Shown piece by piece: positions 17,301 to 26,413 of a stretch of 42,331 nucleotides of DNA. Position numbers and translations under genes: made by a program. This DNA is from a virus (taxonomy: Duplodnaviria > Caudoviricetes), in the IMG/VR virus record IMGVR_UViG_3300033067_000656, positions 1 through 42,331 of that record. One strand, given 5' to 3'. Under the pieces are notes generated by a model. It saw nothing but the letters and a program-made list of their open reading frames with translations, did no database searches and had not been told where the DNA came from. The stretch's first letter is position 1; the number at the start of each line of letters is the position of its first letter.

Positions 17301-20300
17301 GGAAATCTTCGTGTCGATGATGTTCTCCTTCGGAACATCAGAGGTGACTACCGCATCGCTTAACGAGATGGCATCGCCGGGGGATTTCGTCCCAAGCGTA
17401 AGCTGCTCGGGGGAGGCCTGGATGCTTCCCTTCTTGACCTTGAGGGCCAGGATTCGCCTGCCGTAGCCGTCTACGTTGAGCGGATCACTCCCGACGTACA
17501 GGTGCGGGCTCAGACCTTTGCCCGGCCCGAACGATGCCATCTTGCCCAGAGCGTAGTTCTCCTGAGCCAGCGTTGACGGCTTCTCCCCGGCCTTGATCCC
17601 TTCCTTCAGGAACTTGTCTGCTGTCGCGTCGTCCATCGCCGTGAAGACCCAGACATCGGCGTCTTCGGGAAGGGCATCGAAAGCCTTGGCTCTCGACTCG
17701 TTCGTGTAGCCGGGATGCCACCAGTGGGGGTTCTGCTTCGGTGTTGCAGAGTTGGCTCTGAGCATCGCCTCGCTTGACGCCTTTGGCGACCCCATCTTGA
17801 GCCCCTGCGCCGCCGCCTCCTCCCTGGTAAAAAATTTACCAGTGGCGTCGACCCATCCCGTTTCGACCCCCTCGCCCCCCTCGATGCGGGCCTGGATGTC
17901 GGGCGGGTGGAGTGTGAAGTCGTGCCAGGTCTTGCCGGGGGCGGTGATGATCTCCTCGGCGGCGTCCTTGGCGGCGGGAAAATCCCCAAGATCCCTGACG
18001 ATCACGGCGGGGAACTTGTCTACCCCCAGAAGGTCCAGCGCATCGAAGCGGTGGCCGCCCTCCAGAATGTAGGGGCCGTCCTTGTCGATGGCGACGATGA
18101 GCGGGGTGATCTCCCCGGACTTTCGGATCTCATCGGCCAGCGCAAGGGCGCGATCCCGGCCGTCGACGGTCGTCGCCTTGGACGGGTCGTACTTCGGCGC
18201 GGTGAACTCGGAGCGGCTGATCTCCCTGATCCCGCCAAGCTCCTCGTAGTCGTCGAGCGAGGCGCCGATGGAACTCGTGTTGTCCACCTTCGGGCGGACC
18301 TTGAGCCCGCCGACAGTCTCACCGGCCTTCGGATATCTGGCCCGCAGTTCGTCCACCGCAGCGGCCGGGTCGACGGCCGGAGTCTTCAGCCGCCACGCCG
18401 GGGCGGCGAGGGACGGGGGCTCGGGCGCGGCCGGTTCGGCTTCCCGCGCCACCGACCGCAGCCCCTTGGCCGCCGCCTTCTCGGACTTGGCCGCACGGGA
18501 CTTGAAGACCGAGCGGTCGTAGGCCGCCGCCCGCTTCTCCAGCATGGCCTTGTAGTCTTCAGGATCGTCCCCGTAGCGGGCCTTCAGGAACTCCCCGACC
18601 TTCTGCTCCTTGAACGCCTCGAACTCGTCCCTCGTGAGCCGGGAACGCTCGTCCCGTACCTCCTTGAGGGAGCCCGCAGGCCGCTTCATGGCGGGGTGGG
18701 CTTCGAGCCGGGCGATCTCCTCGGCCGTGTCCGTCTCGTGCGCCTTGTCGAGCCCGGCCTGCACCTTCTGGACCATGCCGTCGATTTCCCCCTCGGCGGC
18801 CAGACGGTCCTGAAGCCGCTGGATCTCGGCGGCCCGCTGCTGCATCTGGGCCTGGAGGGCGGCGGCCCGCTGGTTCGCCCGCTCCAGCCGGGCCAGCGTC
18901 TCGTTCGTGACCCCCTGCGTGGGGGGCGCGGCTTCCAGGGAGCCCGCCAGGGCCCTCTGTTCGGCGGCGACCGACTGGAGATCCGCGTCGAGCCCTTCGG
19001 CCGCCGCCTGCGCGATCCTGAGCCGGTCCTGCGTGGGCTGGAGCATGGGGCGACGGGGCATTTGCGGGGGGACGGGAGCCTCCGGCGCCGGGCCAATGTG
19101 GATCATGGACTTACCGAAAATCTTGCGGTAAGTCTGATCCCACAGGTCGGCGGACTTCTCCAGTTCGTCGGCCTGCTCCTTCAGCCGGGCGGCGTCCCTG
19201 GCGTCCCCTGAGTAGGCGGCCTGCCGCTCCGCGTTGCGGAGGGAGGCCACGTCCATCCGGTGCTGGTTCAGCCGCTTTTCAAGGGTCGAGATGCCCTGCA
19301 CCATCTCCCGCTTCGAGGTGTCATCCCAGGCGCCCGCGATGGCCTCGCCCGCCTGCCGCTGGATCTGGGCCGGATCGTTCGTCCCGAAGTGCCGCAGTTC
19401 CCACTCATCCGGCAGGGCACGGTCGGCCACGACCACGCGGGGCGCCTCCTCCAGCGAGGACCGCACCCGCGCCCACTCCTCCTGCGCCATCGGGGAGGAC
19501 ATCGCCGTCTCGGCCGCCCGGTAGGTGTCGGGCATCGCCTTGTCCACCTTCAGGTGTCGCATCAGCTTCAGGATGGCGTTCTTGTCGCCCCCCTGCGTCT
19601 GGAGGTCGAAGAGGGCATCAACCGCCTCGCGGGACAGGTCGCCCTTCTGGTTCATCGCCATGCGGAGCCAGCGCACCGTGCCGTCGTAGATGCGCGGGTC
19701 GCCCATCTTCCCCTCGATGATCTGCTGCGGGTACTTGTGGAACGCCTCGTCGAGCCCCTGCATCAGGGACGACGAAGCCTTCCGCAGTTTCCCGTAGGCA
19801 CCGGGGATCGCCCCGACGCCCGGCTTCAGCAACTCTGGGTTGAACTCCCGCAGGTAGCGGTTGCCCTTCGTCATCAGCCGGGCCGCGCCCTCGGCCAGCG
19901 GCTTCGGTAAAACCTGCGCCTCGGCCACCGGGTTGTGGATGTCGGGGAACGGAATCGTGACGGGACGGATCTTCGTCTCGGGGTGCAGCGTGACCATCTT
20001 GAAGGCGTCGTCCTTGTAGGCGTCGACGAGCTTCTTCATCACGTCCTTCGGCAGCACATCGCCGGGCTTGTACTTGCCCATGATGCCGGGGTGATCTTCC
20101 ATCACCTTCGCCCACGTCGCATCGTCCATCGCCCACTTCATCTTGCCGACGTTGATGCGCTTCATGCCGGGAAGCTGGACGCCGGGGAAGAGGTACTGCC
20201 CCCGCTCGACCTTCTCGGCCAGCGTGACGCCCATGTTCAACTTGTCTTCCTGCCCCGACTTCAGGAGTTTCACGATGGTCCGCGCCTCGCGGTTCCCGTT

Positions 20301-21044
20301 CTTCGCCATCGCCTCCCAATTCGGCATGGCCGTGCCCGCCATCTGCTCCTCGGTGCGGGCCTGCGTGAACATCTCGGCCGCCTTGCCGATCTTCGAGAGC
20401 CCGGCCCCCTTCAGGATGTTGTAAGGGTTCGCCGCCAGGTCGAGCGCGAACCCGGCCGGGTAGGCGATCCACGGGTTCTTGACGCCCATCTCCTGCAAGG
20501 CTTCTGCGTTGAACGTGCGCGTGTCCTTGCCGGGGCCAACACCGAACAGCACCTCGGGACCGGACAGGACGCCCTTGTGGATCAGGTCGCGGAAGTTGCC
20601 CTCACCCTTCAGGAGTCTCGCCAACTGGAGGGCCGTGCCCGCTTCCGAGTACGTCCCGGCCGCCATCGCGTCCATCGCCTTCTGGGCGAAGAAGCGGGAC
20701 TTCTCCAGCTTGGGGTCGAAGTGTTCGATGACCGACTTGAAGGCGTCGACGGCATCCAGCATGTGCGGCGTGGCGATGCGGGCCAGCTTGTGGAACGGAT
20801 GCTCGTTTTGAGGCGTGGACTCGATGGACTGGTAGATCGGGTTGGCTTCCCGCTTCTGGCGGTGGAAGGCCATGTTCTTGCTGATGAACTCCCCGGTCGG
20901 TGCCACATTGACCGACTTACCGAGCAGGCGGGCGTTCTGGTCGGCATGAGGAGTCTCGGCATCACCACTAAATGGAGGGATGCCGTTGGTGTACTCGTCC
21001 TCCCCGGTGTAGGCGGGGATGCCGTCCGTGTAGGTGTCGGTCAT
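14310..21044 (-). CDS. Large internal virion / DNA-ejection polyvalent protein with ParB-like and ADP-ribosyltransferase-like inserts
   Basis: 2244 aa from MTDTY (ATGA overlap). C-terminal EENARIAGF...FDYSELSRFER...FPFYAW motif typical of LPD38-type ejection proteins. ParB ITPLIV...ILEGGHRFDAL at ~17995-18320; ART-like segment at ~17316-17660. Confidence 0.75.
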   Translation of the reverse strand: MTDTYTDGIPAYTGEDEYTNGIPPFSGDAETPHADQNARLLGKSVNVAPTGEFISKNMAFHRQKREANPIYQSIESTPQNEHPFHKLARIATPHMLDAVDAFKSVIEHFDPKLEKSRFFAQKAMDAMAAGTYSEAGTALQLARLLKGEGNFRDLIHKGVLSGPEVLFGVGPGKDTRTFNAEALQEMGVKNPWIAYPAGFALDLAANPYNILKGAGLSKIGKAAEMFTQARTEEQMAGTAMPNWEAMAKNGNREARTIVKLLKSGQEDKLNMGVTLAEKVERGQYLFPGVQLPGMKRINVGKMKWAMDDATWAKVMEDHPGIMGKYKPGDVLPKDVMKKLVDAYKDDAFKMVTLHPETKIRPVTIPFPDIHNPVAEAQVLPKPLAEGAARLMTKGNRYLREFNPELLKPGVGAIPGAYGKLRKASSSLMQGLDEAFHKYPQQIIEGKMGDPRIYDGTVRWLRMAMNQKGDLSREAVDALFDLQTQGGDKNAILKLMRHLKVDKAMPDTYRAAETAMSSPMAQEEWARVRSSLEEAPRVVVADRALPDEWELRHFGTNDPAQIQRQAGEAIAGAWDDTSKREMVQGISTLEKRLNQHRMDVASLRNAERQAAYSGDARDAARLKEQADELEKSADLWDQTYRKIFGKSMIHIGPAPEAPVPPQMPRRPMLQPTQDRLRIAQAAAEGLDADLQSVAAEQRALAGSLEAAPPTQGVTNETLARLERANQRAAALQAQMQQRAAEIQRLQDRLAAEGEIDGMVQKVQAGLDKAHETDTAEEIARLEAHPAMKRPAGSLKEVRDERSRLTRDEFEAFKEQKVGEFLKARYGDDPEDYKAMLEKRAAAYDRSVFKSRAAKSEKAAAKGLRSVAREAEPAAPEPPSLAAPAWRLKTPAVDPAAAVDELRARYPKAGETVGGLKVRPKVDNTSSIGASLDDYEELGGIREISRSEFTAPKYDPSKATTVDGRDRALALADEIRKSGEITPLIVAIDKDGPYILEGGHRFDALDLLGVDKFPAVIVRDLGDFPAAKDAAEEIITAPGKTWHDFTLHPPDIQARIEGGEGVETGWVDATGKFFTREEAAAQGLKMGSPKASSEAMLRANSATPKQNPHWWHPGYTNESRAKAFDALPEDADVWVFTAMDDATADKFLKEGIKAGEKPSTLAQENYALGKMASFGPGKGLSPHLYVGSDPLNVDGYGRRILALKVKKGSIQASPEQLTLGTKSPGDAISLSDAVVTSDVPKENIIDTKISKSGVTAQEFMSKAFVVEKKTVQPNRPAIGKPRVPLKGSGLPVPSNRPTTSAIEKTSFGANNPPTTRDFIANREAGGSTVGLLLTGGQDMHGGLPPIDGGPPGPGGMSMPEYQAWVSKTLGESPEIGDDLAKEVADNLVKLSKEGWAKRRAIRDLVDGLIWTEDGRQAIVHAMPEYFPHVSDNVAAYSKPLAYVLGGPPKGGLRTPGFANARKFKDTFDDIQRSYKLVNGKPLLVDDVVTTLMNRVASSIQFQVHNDMLNGMLSSMGLSGKEILDALKAEGITEIPNARAAANIVNSHYWMRKMGYPEEAIKKVEALNKSLIDLGVWRTGGGPSDVQAAEGVADRLAAIVRNGTVPMSKASKEAPETVDLPDGVKNLLKKALGVTEDADLANPANNTDGRLQGTAAAILKKIRRTMKDRDALAPPLKLFITKGELARLADAPDFVNVLSVAKGLRASDMAGDWRTLVNLDPSTIPNFKELDKFGANYFLIPEELANHINGGVRTFLDDSGPRNLFARFYHGATNIWKQSVTTIFPEFHLRNWLTNMYQLQVYAGIDDPAIYWQARKIQLGIPGALLRDDGSVLTHAEVMRLAQKTGVAGHGYFGSDVQELLDPRKGGRVGRVKGFLQSSPLSPAAYITYGRDMGRFVEENARIAGFAHYLKQGYSPYAASMMVKKFLFDYSELSRFERDFLRGVFPFYAWMRKNIPLQVEQILSKPATMSVSRDIQHAVSGLVNGKDLTPEQFANLPDWLKPMLPILYKNRKDKPKVTAVAGKMSPVSDVMALGQDIGQHGLLGPAVYGVGALNPILKETGEQAFKRDLETGRPLFDVEGRTRPLHLPEGLVAPTSAALNKVPLVDWFKNTPGKGLIMLPERTTHALQNMRAISFMNSTMKDTEADTTAAQNAETILKNLAGLRSYDVDFERNYQIEGRKLKKEAQDMAPFKDGRVNFDSPAVKEILSRNRKRGEGVPPVSPEERKRFTEQMKKKLEEYRRQRAQRP
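17824..17842. promoter_or_regulatory. Intragenic copy of the palindrome CTGGTAAA-aaa-TTTACCAG
   Basis: 18/18 reverse complement of 1013-1030; forces rare codons (ggt aaa ttt ttt). Confidence 0.65.
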
Positions 21045-22006
21045 TGACTCACGGGCCTGTTCTTCTTCTGCCACCCGATAGCGGCCATCGTGAACGCCTT
21101 GTTATAGGCGTTGGAGCCCGGCGTGTAGCCCTTGGCGACAAGTTCCTTGTGGATACCTGACTGGACATCTGGAGGGATCGGGCCGGGTTCATGCCCAGAG
21201 GTGGCTCCCATCGCCGCGCCGAGCGTAGGCGTCATGTACCCCTGACCACCGCCCTGCATGGACGAACCGAGAGTCGGAGCGGGCGACACGGGGAACGAGA
21301 CCCCCGGCCCCTTCTGGTACGGAGCGGCGGGCGTCTCGATGGCATCGTCGGTCGCACCGGGAACGTCGGGTCCGTCCTCTTCACCGGGCGCGACAGGCAT
21401 CGGCGGCGCCGTTCCGGGGTCGTAATCGAGGACTCCCGTGGCCCTCTGGAACAACTCGGGCACCTGAGACTCCAGAGAATCCTTCTGCTCGCGCAGGCTG
21501 TTGATCTCGTCGATGGCCTTGGCCTGCTCCTCGGGGGAGAGGAAGTCGAGCCCATTCTGAAGATCCGACATGCGAGACGCGATGCTCCGCGCCATCGTGC
21601 CGACCTCGCGCCCCTGGGAGGCAAGGATGTCGGCACGCTGCCGTTCGGTCAGGCCCCTCTGGTTCAACAACGCGGCCTTGAGCGTGGTGTACGAAGACAG
21701 AGATCCGAGGTACTTCCTGATCTCCCTGTCCGCAGCACTGCTTTTCAGCTTCGCATCGAGGGCGTTCTTCCGTTCTTCTGGCGTGGTCTGGTGAAGCACG
21801 GAATCACGGTAGGCGTCGTTCTTGACGCGCTCGTTGTCCAGTCGCAGCTTGTTGTACTGATCCTCGATGGCCTGCCGACTGCGCTGGTAGGCCACCTGGT
21901 CTTCGTACCGGCGATCCGCTTCGCGCTTCTCGCGGTTGGCGTTGAGCCCCTTGAACAGGCCGCTTCCCGCAGCGAGAAGCCCCTCACCCAGAGTGATGTT
22001 AGCCAC
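21041..22006 (-). CDS. Internal virion / ejection protein
   Basis: Gly-rich amphipathic N-terminus, coiled coil, position before the largest ejection gene. Confidence 0.6.
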   Translation of the reverse strand: MANITLGEGLLAAGSGLFKGLNANREKREADRRYEDQVAYQRSRQAIEDQYNKLRLDNERVKNDAYRDSVLHQTTPEERKNALDAKLKSSAADREIRKYLGSLSSYTTLKAALLNQRGLTERQRADILASQGREVGTMARSIASRMSDLQNGLDFLSPEEQAKAIDEINSLREQKDSLESQVPELFQRATGVLDYDPGTAPPMPVAPGEEDGPDVPGATDDAIETPAAPYQKGPGVSFPVSPAPTLGSSMQGGGQGYMTPTLGAAMGATSGHEPGPIPPDVQSGIHKELVAKGYTPGSNAYNKAFTMAAIGWQKKNRPVSQ

Positions 22007-22803
22007 TACGGGCCTCCCCTGTAGGTGTCGGGGTAGTCGACACCCCCGCTATTGGACCCACCGCCGCCACCGCCTGACGAGCCGCCGCTACCGCCGCCGC
22101 CGAAGTACTGCGCCGCACCGGAGATCAGCGAGTCGATGATGCCGAGCAGGTCGCTGTGTCCCTGGCTCGCCAGTTGCGTCTTGAGCAACTGAAGCTGGTA
22201 CTGGAAGTTCTTGTCCGCCATGCCCGACTGGAACTGTTGGTTCTGCGCGTTCTCGATCCGACGCTCGCGGGCGGCGAACTGGTTGTTCTGGATGTTGCCG
22301 AGCGCATCCGCCAGTGACGAGCCGTAAGCCTGCGAGATCTGGCCCGCACCACGGGCCACCTCGGACGACTGGCCGAATCCGCGAGCGTTCAACGCATCGT
22401 AGAGGTTCGACGTGGTGGACCTCTGACGCGCCGCGAGGATGCGCGATACGTTACCCATCTGGCGGTTGTAGTACTCATCCTCGCCGGGGAGCGACTGGCC
22501 CGCCGCACGCACGGGGTCGCGGTTCTTCCACCAGTCGAAGATGTTGTCCACGCCCTGCTGTGCGTTCCCGACCTGCTGCGCGGGGCCTTGAGACGAATTC
22601 CCGCCGTACTGACCCGGCGTGCGCGCCCCGATGCGCCGGTTGTACTCCGTCAGGAGGCCGCTGTACCAGTCCGGGTTCTTGTAGCCCGTGTCGCCTTCGC
22701 GCATCCCCTGGTTGCGCTGGTACTCCTTGTAGTACTTACCAAGGCTGGCGTCATCTTGCTTCGACCAGTCAATCCCCTGGTAGGGGTTAAATGCCATTCC
22801 CAT
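22006..22803 (-). CDS. Internal virion / ejection (pilot-like) protein
   Basis: LNARGFGQSS motif, Gln-rich helix, Gly-rich hydrophobic C-terminus. Confidence 0.6.
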   Translation of the reverse strand: MGMAFNPYQGIDWSKQDDASLGKYYKEYQRNQGMREGDTGYKNPDWYSGLLTEYNRRIGARTPGQYGGNSSQGPAQQVGNAQQGVDNIFDWWKNRDPVRAAGQSLPGEDEYYNRQMGNVSRILAARQRSTTSNLYDALNARGFGQSSEVARGAGQISQAYGSSLADALGNIQNNQFAARERRIENAQNQQFQSGMADKNFQYQLQLLKTQLASQGHSDLLGIIDSLISGAAQYFGGGGSGGSSGGGGGGSNSGGVDYPDTYRGGP

Positions 22804-22806
22804 TCG

Positions 22807-23178
22807 TCACCCCACGATCAAGATGTTGCACTTGCGGCCCGCCGCGCTACACGACAGGTACACGTTCAGGTCGTCAGGCTCGGCACACTGCTGAATATCC
22901 GTCGTCAGCGTCGTAGCCGTGGCAATTACCGGGATCTGGCAACAAAACTTTGGCACAACGCCGAGCCGGTGCGGTATCGCCGTCTTGTAGTCCGCCTTGC
23001 TGAACGTGAAGCCCTTGATGACGACCGCCTTCAGCCTGTCCAGAGTGATACCGGCGTTCGGAGCCACGTCGGCGTTGACGATCCCCGACCCCACCGTGGC
23101 GAGCAGGTTGTTGACCGCCGTCTCCATCTGCAAAGCGTTGCCAGGGGCCACGCGCCTGACTATCGTCCGACCAGACAT
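22807..23178 (-). CDS. Small tail-associated protein
   Basis: Start MSGRTIV at a TAATG overlap; IVNADVAPNAGI fibre-like motif. Confidence 0.55.
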   Translation of the reverse strand: MSGRTIVRRVAPGNALQMETAVNNLLATVGSGIVNADVAPNAGITLDRLKAVVIKGFTFSKADYKTAIPHRLGVVPKFCCQIPVIATATTLTTDIQQCAEPDDLNVYLSCSAAGRKCNILIVG

Positions 23179-25277
23179 TAGTAGTCCCCATCCGGCACGA
23201 GATTCCCGATCCCGTCCCAATCTATCGCAACGCTGTCGATCTTGAAAGCCGCCCCGTGCTTGGCGCTGGCATCCGTGATCGTCAGCTTGATAGACCGCCC
23301 CCTCGCCGCGTCAGGCAGGGAGATTGCAATTGGCCTGCGGTAGGCGCTGGTGTACGGGCTGCCCGTGGCCCCCGTCCCGGTGTACCGCTCGGCGGGCAGG
23401 GAGTAGGTCGTCGTCCCCGTGTTGCTCCCGTCGTCGACGCTCCAGGCCAGCGTGATCGCCGTCCCGAGTTCGTCGTAGTCGATGACCACGGCGCGGAATT
23501 GCTTGTCCTCATCGGGCTCGCCCATGTCCAGCCAGCGCGAGGTCCACGAAGCGAATATCTGAACATCCGACCCGCCGTTCGTCGCCACGTCGTAGAACGA
23601 GTTGTCGATGATGTGCAGGCGGCTACCTGTCGCGTTGCCGTACCCGCCCGCGTAGAAACGAGCGTTGTCCACCTGCTCGTCGCACGCGATGAAGATGTTG
23701 GGGTAGCACCCTGCCACCTGCCATCCATGCCACGTCCCCGGCTGCGCGTAGCTCTCGTCGTAGACAAACACGTTCCACTGGTTCGTGAAGTCCTTGGGGT
23801 GAGCAAGGAAGTAGCGACCCTGGTAGTACCCGCCACAACAGTCCGTCCGTTTCGTCCGCGACACGCCGATCATATCGGGCCGGATGTCGTCCGTGATGCG
23901 CTTGAAGTTGTAGCCGTCCGTCAGGTACACGCCGTCGTTCCCACGGTAGTAGATGCCGTCCTTCCCCGTGGCAATCGACTTGCCTGACACACACCCGAAC
24001 CCTCGTCCCGTCTCGATGATCTGGAGGTTGCCAAGGTTCGTCCCGTTCGGCGGCGTGTCTCCCGTGATGAGGAAGACGGTCGAGTTCTTGAAGACGACCA
24101 GGTTCTCCCTCCAAACGGCGAGGCCGGTGATCTGATCCTGCGGGCGCGGGTCCACGTCCACGAACCCAAGGATGCGGTCGGGCATGTACGCCTCCGACCA
24201 GTACACGCGGTTCTGGTAGGGTGTGTGCGTCGACGCCGCCCGGTCATAGATGTTCGCGTACCACATTCGATTGTGAATCCACTCCAGAAACGAGGCGGCC
24301 ATGAGCTTCGCCCCGCTGTCCGGGTTGCTCACAAACAGGGGGTCGCCCTGGTATTCGTCCCCTAGTTCCGTGTCGTTGTACACGTCGACGTAGGTCGTCG
24401 TGTTGTGCCCGGCCGTCAGGGAGGCGACAGGGATCTCGGTCACAAGGAACCACCTGCGCGTCACGTTGGGCTGGCCGGGGTTGTTCAGGGTTCGGTAGAT
24501 GCGGAGGGCCGTGGCGTCTGTGTACTGGACCGACCCGGCAGTCGGGCCAAGGTCACTCTTTCCGGCGAGAAGGGCAAGCGTGATCTGGCCCGTGGACGCC
24601 GCCGCCGTTGAGCCAAGCGCGTTCGTCAGCGGCGTAATGGCACTCTCGCCAAGGCCACCGTAGAGGACCGTGGTGGCGTACTCATACTCGTGCAGCGTCC
24701 CGCCGACGAGCGTCGTCTCCATCCGACCACCGGCCGCCGCATACGTCACCGTCACGCCACTCGGGGCGTCCATCGGTAGCCCGGCGTACTGGAGAGTCGT
24801 GCCGTTGTAGCGGTACGTACCGCTCACCGAGTCGTCACCAGGCACGGAGAAGTAGATCCACTCGTTGATCTGGCGGAAGTAGATCGGGAACGCGCTCGGG
24901 TTGATGCCGGATGACCCGGACAGGTCGACGCTGAACGACATCGAGGTCGGGCTGGTGATCGTGATTTTGCTGATCCCGCTCGTCGCTGCACCGTGCCGCT
25001 TGTAGCAGACGAGCAGGTACGGCGTCCCGCTGGCGGGGCGATAGACAGCCGCCCCGTGGAACGTGGCGTCGCTCGACCACGCAGCGGGCTTCGACCCGGA
25101 GGAGATCACGTCCTGCCATCCGCCACGACGCTCCATGAGCCCCTGGAATGAGCAGGACGTGTTGTACTCCAGGCCGTCGTAGGAGGCGGTTGGGCTGCCA
25201 CCCTTGCGACCGCTGTTCGTCTGGCGCCCCCCCGAGATGGCGGGGATGCGATACCGTCGACTCAACGGCGACTCCAC
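23178..25277 (-). CDS. Tail nozzle / tubular protein B (P22 gp10-like beta-propeller)
   Basis: NRVYWSE...ITGLAVWRENLVVFK...GCVSGKSI...GIYY..DGVY...W.S.WLDMG.P...KQF. Confidence 0.75.
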   Translation of the reverse strand: MESPLSRRYRIPAISGGRQTNSGRKGGSPTASYDGLEYNTSCSFQGLMERRGGWQDVISSGSKPAAWSSDATFHGAAVYRPASGTPYLLVCYKRHGAATSGISKITITSPTSMSFSVDLSGSSGINPSAFPIYFRQINEWIYFSVPGDDSVSGTYRYNGTTLQYAGLPMDAPSGVTVTYAAAGGRMETTLVGGTLHEYEYATTVLYGGLGESAITPLTNALGSTAAASTGQITLALLAGKSDLGPTAGSVQYTDATALRIYRTLNNPGQPNVTRRWFLVTEIPVASLTAGHNTTTYVDVYNDTELGDEYQGDPLFVSNPDSGAKLMAASFLEWIHNRMWYANIYDRAASTHTPYQNRVYWSEAYMPDRILGFVDVDPRPQDQITGLAVWRENLVVFKNSTVFLITGDTPPNGTNLGNLQIIETGRGFGCVSGKSIATGKDGIYYRGNDGVYLTDGYNFKRITDDIRPDMIGVSRTKRTDCCGGYYQGRYFLAHPKDFTNQWNVFVYDESYAQPGTWHGWQVAGCYPNIFIACDEQVDNARFYAGGYGNATGSRLHIIDNSFYDVATNGGSDVQIFASWTSRWLDMGEPDEDKQFRAVVIDYDELGTAITLAWSVDDGSNTGTTTYSLPAERYTGTGATGSPYTSAYRRPIAISLPDAARGRSIKLTITDASAKHGAAFKIDSVAIDWDGIGNLVPDGDY

Positions 25278-26413
25278 TGCGGGTACGCCCGCTTGCGGAT
25301 CTGGTAGTAGGTGTCACCCTCGGCGGGCTGGTTCCACGCGATGGCTTCCTTGATGCCGTTCTCGTAGCGAGCTGTGTACTGGCCCGCCACGTTCGGCTTG
25401 AAGCGCATGAGACACTTGGCGATGATCCCATCGGCAAGGTACTGGTGGAACCCGTCAGGGATGTTCGGTACGTCGGTCACAACGAACGTGTCACCGTCAG
25501 CCGGGGCGGCGGGAAACTCGGGGTAGACCGTCAGTTGCGTCTGTCCTGCGCTCGACCCCTTGCTCCGGCTGGCGGTGACACGAGCCTTGAAACCATCGTT
25601 CGCTCCAGACGTGAAGCGAACCTCACACCCGTTCCAGAAATTGCGGGGCCGGTCAGGGAGACTCGTAGCCGAGAAGACTCCCGGTAACGGGTCCGCGTAA
25701 CCACCCCCCGCGCTATTCTCAACCGTAGCCAGCGTCGGCTTCACCGAGTACTCATTCCCCGCCCGCACATACTCGATGATGAGCGAGTCCGGGTAGACCT
25801 GAAACCGGACACCGGCCTGGATCGTGTTGCTGAACGCCGACGACACGGTGATGTCGTTCAGCGTGTTCGACGAAATCGTCCCCGTCTCACCCTCGCACGC
25901 GCCATCCATGATCCTGACCGTGAGCCCGGCGTACATGTTGACCGTGGAGGCCACGCTCGTCTTGTTGATGACGGTGGTCGACCCAGAACTGGAAGTACGG
26001 CCGTCGAACCCACCCAGAGGGGGCGCCGGGTAGAGGCCGATGTTCTTCCGGTCCTGGGTCAAGTAGTAGAGGTACGGGATGCCCGACTGGATCGTCATAA
26101 TCCCGATCTGCACCGACTCCGGCTCGCGCCACGGGAGGTTGCGAACCGCCGTGAAGCCGGGATAGTTGAACGCCACCTTGTTGACGTGCAGGCAGTCTTC
26201 AGGGAGCGCGTGCAGCGTGGCCCCTGCCACCAGCACGTCGGAGGCCGTGCCACGCACCGTCTCGGTACGGCGGGCGAAGTCCCGGCACACGTCGGCGGCG
26301 TAGGCCGCCATCACGCTCGGCGGGAACTCGTGCATCCCGAGGTCGCGGATCTGTGTCGACGCGGAGGAGATCACGTCCGCGAACGACATGAAACTCGGGG
26401 CGCCGTAAGGCAT
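25262..26413 (-). CDS. Head-tail adaptor / tail ring protein paralog 4
   Basis: LPEDCL...IGLYPAP...IPDGFHQYLADG; two inserted W/YxG..VR..G domains. Confidence 0.7.
   Translation of the reverse strand: MPYGAPSFMSFADVISSASTQIRDLGMHEFPPSVMAAYAADVCRDFARRTETVRGTASDVLVAGATLHALPEDCLHVNKVAFNYPGFTAVRNLPWREPESVQIGIMTIQSGIPYLYYLTQDRKNIGLYPAPPLGGFDGRTSSSGSTTVINKTSVASTVNMYAGLTVRIMDGACEGETGTISSNTLNDITVSSAFSNTIQAGVRFQVYPDSLIIEYVRAGNEYSVKPTLATVENSAGGGYADPLPGVFSATSLPDRPRNFWNGCEVRFTSGANDGFKARVTASRSKGSSAGQTQLTVYPEFPAAPADGDTFVVTDVPNIPDGFHQYLADGIIAKCLMRFKPNVAGQYTARYENGIKEAIAWNQPAEGDTYYQIRKRAYPQWSRR

Noticed and set aside
14328-17363. 1011-aa ORF on the + strand, and similar long antisense ORFs (31190..33103, 34425..35768, 17907..19211)
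   Set aside because: These are shadow ORFs antisense to real high-GC genes. They have low-complexity V/L/G/R composition, no SD and no motifs.
14310-21044. Virion RNA polymerase (N4 or crAss type)
   Set aside because: No DxDGD/DFDID or T7-like polymerase motifs seen.
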